From: an uncultured delta proteobacterium
GTDB lineage: Bacteria; Desulfobacterota; Binatia; Binatales; Binataceae
NCBI GenBank assembly: GCA_963808235.1
Contig: CAWEEQ010000001.1
Location: 224,001 to 288,000 of the forward strand
Length of the DNA: 64,000 bases
Reading direction: 5' to 3'
Shown here one piece after another: positions 57,603 through 64,000 of this stretch; the stretch's first letter is position 1; every line of letters begins with the position of its first letter. Below the pieces are notes generated by a model. The model did not search any database and was not told the origin of the DNA. It saw nothing but the letters and a program-made list of their open reading frames with translations. The translations under genes and the position numbers were made by a program.

Positions 57603-58559
57603 ATGATAGTCGTCACCGGCGGCGCGGGGTTTATCGGCGGCAATCTGGTTGAGGCGCTCAATGTGCGGGGCGTCAGCGAAATTATCGTGGTCGATCGAGC
57701 GGACCGGGATTCAAGCAACCTTCGGGATTTGCGGATATCCGATCTGATGCGGCCGGAGGAATTCGTACGAGCGATCGAGCACGATGCCCTGCCCCAACAT
57801 ATCGAAACTATTTTTCATCAGGGCGCGTGCGCGGACACCACCTGCGACGATCGCGCTTACATGATGGAGAACAACTTCACGTTTTCGAAGTCGGTTTTGC
57901 GCTTCGCACTCGCGCGGCGAATTCCGATGGTCTATGCGTCGAGTGCGGCGGTTTACGGCGCGTCGCAGGCGTTTGAAATCTCGCGCGAAAACGAGCGCCC
58001 GCTCAACCTTTATGCGGAGTCCAAGCTGGCTTTCGACAATCACGTCCGCGAGATCATCGGGGGTGCGGAAAGCGTCGTCGCCGGGCTGCGCTACTTCAAC
58101 GTCTACGGTCCGCGCGAATCACACAAAGGCAAAATGGCGTCGATGGTGTATCAACTCTATCGGCAACTTAGAGCGAGCGGGCGCGCGCGGCTCTTCACAG
58201 GCACCGACGGCTATGCCGACGGCGAGCAGCGGCGCGATTTCGTGTTCGTCGGCGACGTGGTGCGCGTGAATCTAGCGCTCGCGGGAGGTCCGATGCGCAA
58301 GGGAATCTTCAACGTCGGCACGGGACGGGCGCGCAGCTTCAACGAGGTGGCGAAGACGATCATCGAACGAATCGGCGCAGGCGCGATCGAGTATGTGCCG
58401 TTTCCGGCGAGTCTCGCCGGCCGTTACCAGAGCTTCACCGAGGCTGACCTGTCCACATTGAGGAACGCCGGATACAGTGAGGCTTTTTCCAGCCTCGAAG
58501 TAGGAATTGCGCAGTCCGTCGCCGCCTGGAATAAAGAGAGCGCGCCGGTCACCGACTGA
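57603..58559 (+). CDS. rfaD: ADP-L-glycero-D-manno-heptose 6-epimerase
   Basis: TGGAGFIG, FHQGACADT, YASSAAVYG, PLNLYAESK, LRYFNVYGPRESHKGKMAS, YQSFTEADL. Confidence 0.93.
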   Translation: MIVVTGGAGFIGGNLVEALNVRGVSEIIVVDRADRDSSNLRDLRISDLMRPEEFVRAIEHDALPQHIETIFHQGACADTTCDDRAYMMENNFTFSKSVLRFALARRIPMVYASSAAVYGASQAFEISRENERPLNLYAESKLAFDNHVREIIGGAESVVAGLRYFNVYGPRESHKGKMASMVYQLYRQLRASGRARLFTGTDGYADGEQRRDFVFVGDVVRVNLALAGGPMRKGIFNVGTGRARSFNEVAKTIIERIGAGAIEYVPFPASLAGRYQSFTEADLSTLRNAGYSEAFSSLEVGIAQSVAAWNKESAPVTD

Positions 58560-58578
58560 CTATTGAAGGGAGAACAAA

Positions 58579-59205
58579 ATGGGAAATCGCGGCGAGCATC
58601 GAGTTGAAACCGTCGCACAGCTCCAAGCGTTGATCGGCGAGCCGAATCCGATAACTCCGAAAAAGCTTTTATCGGAACTCGATGAAACAGCAATCGATTT
58701 TATCGGCCGATCTCCGTTTATCGTGCTCGCAACTGCCGACGCTCAAGGCAACCAGGACGCTTCGCCCAAAGGCGACGGCCCCGGCTTCGTCGTGGTCGAA
58801 GACCCGCGCACGCTTTTGATTCCTGAGCGCAAGGGTAATCGGCTGATGTTCGGTCTGAGGAACATCCTGGCGAATCCGCAGGTCGGAATTATTTTTCTGG
58901 TTCCCGGCACCGATGAGACTTTTCGGGTCAATGGCACCGCCGAGCTGAGCGACGATCCCGATTTATGCGGTCGACTCAGCGCGCGCGGCGCCCCGGCATT
59001 GCTGGCGATTCGCGTTACGGTACGGGAATGTTTTTTCCACTGCGCCAAGGCCTTCATCCGCTCGCAGCTCTGGAAGCCGGAGACGTGGTCTGAGCGCCGT
59101 AAAATATCCTTCGGGAAAATTTTGACGGCGAAGGTTGGCGGCGGAGAGGAACTGGCGGCGCAAGTGGATCGCGCTGTCGAGCAGGACTACAAGAACAATC
59201 TCTAG
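58579..59205 (+). CDS. Pyridoxamine 5'-phosphate oxidase-like FMN-binding protein (MSMEG_1061-like)
   Basis: DASPKGDGPGFV, ERKGNR, FFHCAKAFIRSQLW. Confidence 0.88.
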   Translation: MGNRGEHRVETVAQLQALIGEPNPITPKKLLSELDETAIDFIGRSPFIVLATADAQGNQDASPKGDGPGFVVVEDPRTLLIPERKGNRLMFGLRNILANPQVGIIFLVPGTDETFRVNGTAELSDDPDLCGRLSARGAPALLAIRVTVRECFFHCAKAFIRSQLWKPETWSERRKISFGKILTAKVGGGEELAAQVDRAVEQDYKNNL

Positions 59206-59232
59206 TGATTGCGAGCGCGCGTCGAGGCTCGG

Positions 59233-60503
59233 TCAGTATCGGGCGCGCGATGCGAGTTCGCGGCATCGCTTTTTGTTGGCGACGATTCCTTTCAAGCATC
59301 GCTCGACGAAAGTTTCTACCGAGTGGCGCATCATATCCATCGCGTCGAAAATGTTAACCGCCGCGCCGCCCTCGAACACGTTGAGATTCAGCTCGCCGCG
59401 TTCCATCGCGAACTGGGTGGCGCGCTCACGCCCGAGCACCTGAAAGCAGCATTGCAGCATCGTCTCTGGGATGACCGGGTTGATTTTGCCGGGATAAAAA
59501 GATGAGCCTTCCTGGACGACCGGAAGCAATATCTCGCCGAGACCCCCGCGCGGACCGGAAGCGAGCAGACGGAGGTCCTGCGCGATTTTAATCAGGACCT
59601 CGGCGAGCAGTCGCGAGTTGCGCTGACACTGCACCCAGGTCGTCGATATTTTGGGCCGCATCGTAGAGATTTCTTCGCACCGAGAATCGCCGACCCGAAA
59701 TTTCGTTCAGAGTGTTTCAGAACCGTGCGCCGGTAAATCGCCGATGCGCCGCTTCCAGAGCCAATCGCGGTGCCGCCGAGATTTATTTTCGCGAGCGCCT
59801 CGACGCTTCGCTCCAATTCTCCGACCCGCCGCGCGAGTACCTCCGCATGCCCGCCGAACAGCTCGCCGAGCGAGACCGGCTCACTGTCCTGCAGGCAGGT
59901 GCGCGCGATCGTGATGACCGGCCGCAACTCCCCGGCTTTCGCGCGATACGCCCTGATGCAATTGCGAAGAACGCGGTGCAATTCACTCCATCGATCCAAC
60001 ACCGTTATCCTCGCCGCCGAATGACAAACGTCGGCCGTCGATTGCGACGCGTTCACGTGCGATTTCGGATGCACGAGTTTATAAGCGCCGCGCGCGCCGC
60101 CCATCTGCTCGGACGCGAGGTTGGCGATTACTTCATTCAGGTTCATGTTGACCGCGATACTTCCGCCGCCGCCGAGCAGGTCGACTGGAAATTGATCGCG
60201 ATGCTCGCCGCGAATCAGCGCGTCGCAGGCGTACTCGATAGCCGCGAGGCGGCGTGCGTCGATCACGCGCGCATCGCGATTGGCGCGCGCGGCGGCCTTC
60301 TTCACCATCGCGAGGGCGCGGACATAGTCGGGATAGTCGCGCAGCAGACTCGACGAGAAGGACAAATTCCGGACCGCGCGAACGGTCTGGATTCCGTAGA
60401 GCGCGTCAGCCGGGATCGCGAGCTCGCCCAAAAGATCTTTTTCGATGCGCGTCGAGGTAGTCGCCCGGCGCGACGCTAATCGCCGGCTAGACCGTGCGGC
60501 CAT
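59233..60503 (-). pseudogene. Aspartate ammonia-lyase/fumarase superfamily lyase interrupted by two +1 frameshifts (~59711 and ~59611); may be intact if these are sequencing errors
   Basis: RIEKDLLG, YGIQTVRA, NMNLNEVIAN, HVNASQST, NLGGTAIGSG, KIAQDLRLLASGPRGGLGE, GSSFYPGKINPVIPE; removing two bases gives one continuous frame. Confidence 0.8.
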
Positions 60504-61320
60504 AGCGGGCCATTTGCAGCAGCTTGCTACTCCGGGTTGTGGGCTTGGTGTCGTAGGCGAGGAGGGCGACCAGGCGCGTGGTGCGTCCCCTGATCGGGGT
60601 GACGCGATGAATCGAGTTGCGTCCCTCGAAGAGAAGCAGCGTGCCGGGATGCATCGCGACTCGCACCACGCCTTCATCGGAACCATTCAGCAACTGCTTG
60701 ACGCGCGGATAATTTTCGTCGGTGGCGCTGCGGATCAGCGGCACGTATTCGAAGTCGCCGCCCGCTTCGGACGGGCGCAGCGCGATCGAAGTGACGAAGT
60801 CAGTTTGATCGAAGTGCCAATGCAGACGCTCGCCGTCGCCCATGACCGCGAGATTCAGCGCGCCCATCGGGTCGGCATAGCGATAGAGCCGGTCCTTCTT
60901 GAGTGCCGCCGCGATGAACTCCATCAAGGGATCCCATTCGAACAACCGGCGCAGCACTGAATGTGCGGGAAACTGATCGTAAGCGACGACTCCGACCGAA
61001 GTCGGCTTGAAAAATTTGCGCGGATGGTCGTCGGGCAAAGCGGGATCGGGAACCGCGAGATAAGGCGTGCCGGTGACGACGCTGTGGTACGCATGCGCGG
61101 CGAGCGAATCGCTCTCACGCACCAGGATCTCCACACAGTCGGGTTTAAGAAATCCGGGCAGCTCGCATGCGCCGGTCTTGTCCAACTGCTCGCGGCAATG
61201 ACGCGTGAGATCGCGGGCGGCCGCGCTGCTTAAATCAAGAATCGGGTAGCGCGCGAGATCGATCAGATCTGACGGCGACCACGACGCCGATCCGCTATCT
61301 GGAGCGGACTTGGATTGCAT
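60487..61320 (-). CDS. Fe(II)/2-oxoglutarate oxygenase, BesD/HalD(ArpA)-like, HxD type
   Basis: LIDLARYP, WHFD..F, GGDFEYVP, GRNSIHRVTP..R: facial triad H-x-D...H plus 2OG-binding Arg. Confidence 0.8.
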   Translation of the reverse strand: MQSKSAPDSGSASWSPSDLIDLARYPILDLSSAAARDLTRHCREQLDKTGACELPGFLKPDCVEILVRESDSLAAHAYHSVVTGTPYLAVPDPALPDDHPRKFFKPTSVGVVAYDQFPAHSVLRRLFEWDPLMEFIAAALKKDRLYRYADPMGALNLAVMGDGERLHWHFDQTDFVTSIALRPSEAGGDFEYVPLIRSATDENYPRVKQLLNGSDEGVVRVAMHPGTLLLFEGRNSIHRVTPIRGRTTRLVALLAYDTKPTTRSSKLLQMARYGRTV

Positions 61321-61403
61321 AGTTCAGTGTCCTCGCTTGCGACGATACGACCGCCGCTCGATTCGCACAACCTTGCGAAGGTTTCGATGATCGGAGACGT
61401 TTG

Positions 61404-62471
61404 TCATCGCGCCGTCTTGAGCGGATGCTCGCGGAAGAAGTGGAGCATCGCCGATGTCCAGGCTTTTGGCCATTGGGCGTGATTCATCATACCCACCGTC
61501 GAGCTTAGTGGATTAGTCAGTAGCGCCAGTCCGCCCATCGAGTTGCTACCGCACGAGCTATTGCATTCGTATACACGATTTCCATGATTGTCGAGGATTA
61601 CATCCTCAACTGAGACTCGGGCTGCGAGCAATTCGCTAGTCAGTTGCTCACTACTGGGACAAATTCCGGCGGTATCGCAGCTATTGTGTATATGCATAGT
61701 TGGTATAGCCGGATTGAAGATCTGAACCTGCGTGATATTCGCCGGCGTGGTCGCGACCGGATGCTGTGCGCATGGATCGTCGAATGCGCCGAACGGATTG
61801 GGCGCGGAATACACCGCAACCGCCGCGATATTGGGCCTATTCAACGCATACAGATACGCCATCGCGGCGCCGTTGGACCATCCGGAAACGTAGATGCGAT
61901 TCGTATCCACCGCGCCGCTCGCAACCTGCGTTGCGATGAAGTGATCGATCGTGGCCGCGTCGGCATTCTCGCGCCATGTAGTATCTCCGATCTTTACATC
62001 GCCGGCCGGATTCAGTTGGCGGTACCAATTGTCCCATCCGATGCCCTTGTTATCGGGAAATGGATAGTAGTGAGTAGTCCTGCGCCCTTCAGGCGCGAGC
62101 ACTATGTATCCGGTGTTCGCGGGATCGTCGCCGAGTGAGATTGAATTCTGGTAGTCGAGTATATTGGTTCTAGTAATCCATCGCGCCGAGAACAGCGACG
62201 GATGTAAGTATACAAGCATCGGAAGTTTGGGCGGTTTGCGATTCGAAGCGGCCCGTGCGGGCGAATAGAGGCAGGCGTAGCGATCGATGCCGTCGGCGTC
62301 TTTCCACGGACCGAGCAGTTTGCCATCGCCGCAATTGGGCTTGACCGCGGAGAACACGGCCGCCGATGGATCTCCGTAGGGTCCACAGGTGTTGGATCCC
62401 GCGCCGCTGTTGCCGGCGCTGGCGCAAGCGACTCCGAGTACGATCGCTGCAATGAATATCGTTTTACGCAA
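61404..62471 (-). CDS. Secreted esterase (PHB depolymerase/CE1-like alpha/beta fold)
   Basis: Signal peptide, LVYLHP, VDTNRIYVSGWSNGAAMA, several Cys pairs, C-terminal NH.QWP. Confidence 0.75.
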   Translation of the reverse strand: MRKTIFIAAIVLGVACASAGNSGAGSNTCGPYGDPSAAVFSAVKPNCGDGKLLGPWKDADGIDRYACLYSPARAASNRKPPKLPMLVYLHPSLFSARWITRTNILDYQNSISLGDDPANTGYIVLAPEGRRTTHYYPFPDNKGIGWDNWYRQLNPAGDVKIGDTTWRENADAATIDHFIATQVASGAVDTNRIYVSGWSNGAAMAYLYALNRPNIAAVAVYSAPNPFGAFDDPCAQHPVATTPANITQVQIFNPAIPTMHIHNSCDTAGICPSSEQLTSELLAARVSVEDVILDNHGNRVYECNSSCGSNSMGGLALLTNPLSSTVGMMNHAQWPKAWTSAMLHFFREHPLKTAR

Positions 62472-62557
62472 CCGGTCACATTTAACATATCTACTCGCGC
62501 ATTTGCTTGTCTGTCTTGGCGGTCGAGCGTTAAGTTTTGACTTTAACTGGAGTGCCG

Positions 62558-63706
62558 ATGCAAATCGATCACGATGAAATCATGCGGCGCGTTGCGGCGA
62601 TCTCGCCGACACTTGCGATTCATGCTCGCGAATGCGACGCGGCCCGCAAGCTCGTGCCGGAGAGCATGGCGGCGATGCTCGAGGCCGGCATGTTCCGGAT
62701 TCCGCAGCCTTCGCGCACCGGGGGCTACGAGCTTCCGCTCAGAACTCTCGCCACTGCGGTGACCCGTCTCTCCGAGGCGTGCCCGTCGGCTGGGTGGGTG
62801 CTTATGGTGATGGGAGCGCATCACTGGTGCATGGGTTCGTTCCCCGACGCCGCTCAAGACGAGGTCTTCGGCGGCGGCCGCGACGGCCTGGTTGCCGGCA
62901 CGCTCTCGTGGCAGGGTTCCGCGATACCCGTCGAGGGCGGCTTCCGCGTGAGCGGACGATGGCAGTTCTGCAGCGGCGTCGATCATTCGAACTGGGTGAT
63001 GCTTGGATGCTCCGATCCTGAGACCCATGGACCTCGAATCCACGTCGTGGTGCCGCGCGACGAGCTCGAGATTGACGACACCTGGTACGTGATGGGCCTG
63101 CAAGGGACTGGCAGCAAAGACGTGGTCGCGCACGAGGTCTTCGTTCCCGAGCATCGGACGATCGACACGCGGATACTCTTTCGCGGCGAGAGTCCTTACG
63201 CCGCCACGCATGCGACTAATCTTTACCGGCTGTCGGCCGAGGCGATGCTTTCGACCTCGGTCGCGAACGCGGTGCTCGGGTCGGCAAAGTGCGCATTGGG
63301 GCAATTTATCGAACGCACGAAGGAGCGGCGGGTTATCCTGACCGGCGCACGAAAGGCAGAGCATGGGCCGACCCAGGCGCGGCTGGCGGAGGCCGCTGCC
63401 GAAATCCACTGCGCGGATCTACTGTTGCGTGACGTCCTTGCCGAATTCGATCGCCTGATGGCGGCCGGCGACGGCTTCACCGTCGAGCATCGTGTCCGTG
63501 CGAAGTGGCAGGCCGCGTATTCGGCGGAACTCTGTCGGCGTGCGGTTGCGCGACTCTTCTCGGGGTCGGGCGCGCACGCTGTTTATACGCCGAGCGGCCT
63601 GCAGGCGGCATTCAGGAATATCAACGTCGGCGCGCAACACGCGAGCATCGACTTCGACAATTCCGCGGAGCTCTACGGACGCATGCGGCTGGGCGGGGGC
63701 AGTTAA
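62558..63706 (+). CDS. Flavin-dependent monooxygenase oxygenase component (acyl-CoA dehydrogenase fold, HsaA-like)
   Basis: ACPSAGW, GRWQFCSGVDHSNW, DTWYVMGLQGTGSKD, FRNINVGAQH. Confidence 0.88.
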   Translation: MQIDHDEIMRRVAAISPTLAIHARECDAARKLVPESMAAMLEAGMFRIPQPSRTGGYELPLRTLATAVTRLSEACPSAGWVLMVMGAHHWCMGSFPDAAQDEVFGGGRDGLVAGTLSWQGSAIPVEGGFRVSGRWQFCSGVDHSNWVMLGCSDPETHGPRIHVVVPRDELEIDDTWYVMGLQGTGSKDVVAHEVFVPEHRTIDTRILFRGESPYAATHATNLYRLSAEAMLSTSVANAVLGSAKCALGQFIERTKERRVILTGARKAEHGPTQARLAEAAAEIHCADLLLRDVLAEFDRLMAAGDGFTVEHRVRAKWQAAYSAELCRRAVARLFSGSGAHAVYTPSGLQAAFRNINVGAQHASIDFDNSAELYGRMRLGGGS

Positions 63707-63711
63707 AAGCT

Positions 63712-63752
63712 AAAAAGAAAGCCGCAGCCCCTTGCGGGACTGCGGCTTCTGT
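63712..63752. terminator. Bidirectional intrinsic terminator
   Basis: A-run, then AAGCCGCAG-CCCC-TTGC-GGGA-CTGCGGCTT hairpin between convergent genes. Confidence 0.75.
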
Positions 63753-63786
63753 TACGGCAGTTTCGAGTCAGCTTTTTCTAACTGGT

Positions 63787-63999
63787 CTACTGATTGGGCA
63801 CCAGTTCGACGCGACGGTTCTGAGCGCGGCCGTCAGCCGTATCGTTGGTGGCAACGAAGTCGCTCTTGCCGTAGCCGTGCGGAATCAGCCGGCTTGCGGG
63901 AATGCCCGCGCTGACCAGGTAATCCACGACCGCGTTGGAGCGCCGATCGGAAAGTCTCAGGTTGTAGTCAACCCCGCCGATCGCGTCGCAGTAGCCATT
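63787..63999 (-). CDS. OmpA-family peptidoglycan-binding domain, C-terminal part (gene starts beyond window)
   Basis: Manual translation: GYCDAIG..YNLRLSDRRSNAVVDYL..GYGK..NDTADGRAQNRRVEL. Confidence 0.9.
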   Translation of the reverse strand, partial: NGYCDAIGGVDYNLRLSDRRSNAVVDYLVSAGIPASRLIPHGYGKSDFVATNDTADGRAQNRRVELVPNQ

Positions 64000-64000
64000 G

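Noticed and set aside
56998-57606. 202-aa ORF with repeated RMTDRLALRA
   Set aside because: Merely the translation of the non-coding repeat element; overlaps the WYL gene out of frame
60487-61320. Radical halogenase call
   Set aside because: Iron motif is HFD; BesD-type halogenases have Gly/Ala in place of Asp
1-64000. tRNA, rRNA or IS elements
   Set aside because: No cloverleaf/T-loop context, rRNA-like tract or transposase ORF recognised by eye; a tRNAscan/Infernal run would be needed to exclude small RNAs

Overview
High-GC (~60-63% by eye), gene-dense bacterial chromosome window from a diderm organism (LPS heptose epimerase, OmpA domain). The gene content (many LLM/F420-type oxidoreductases, P450 paralogs, class III CoA-transferases, a selenoprotein) is reminiscent of Candidatus Binatota; this is an inference and was not searched. 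Most genes are catabolic/redox: glgP (partial), hydrolases, a TetR-P450-Tat FAD oxidase-P450-P450-MFS cluster, a propionyl-CoA carboxylase/methylmalonyl-CoA mutase operon, pyruvoyl arginine decarboxylase, chdC-cbiA, an ECF/anti-sigma pair, GH78, frmA, amidase and rfaD. Highlights: (1) a translationally coupled recC-recB-recD operon transcribed divergently from an HTH-WYL-WCX regulator, with a perfect ATGACAAC-N-GTTGTCAT palindrome between them and a RecB whose arm domain is about 115 aa short; (2) a SelW/Rdx-family selenoprotein (CxxU plus SECIS hairpin) missed by the ORF track; (3) a BesD/HalD-like Fe/2OG oxygenase overlapping a divergent, frameshifted aspartase-family lyase; (4) two families of REP-like palindromic repeats; (5) three single-base frameshifts that may be assembly errors. 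I saw no rRNA, tRNA, CRISPR array or transposase. All family calls come from motif recognition by eye, not database searches.
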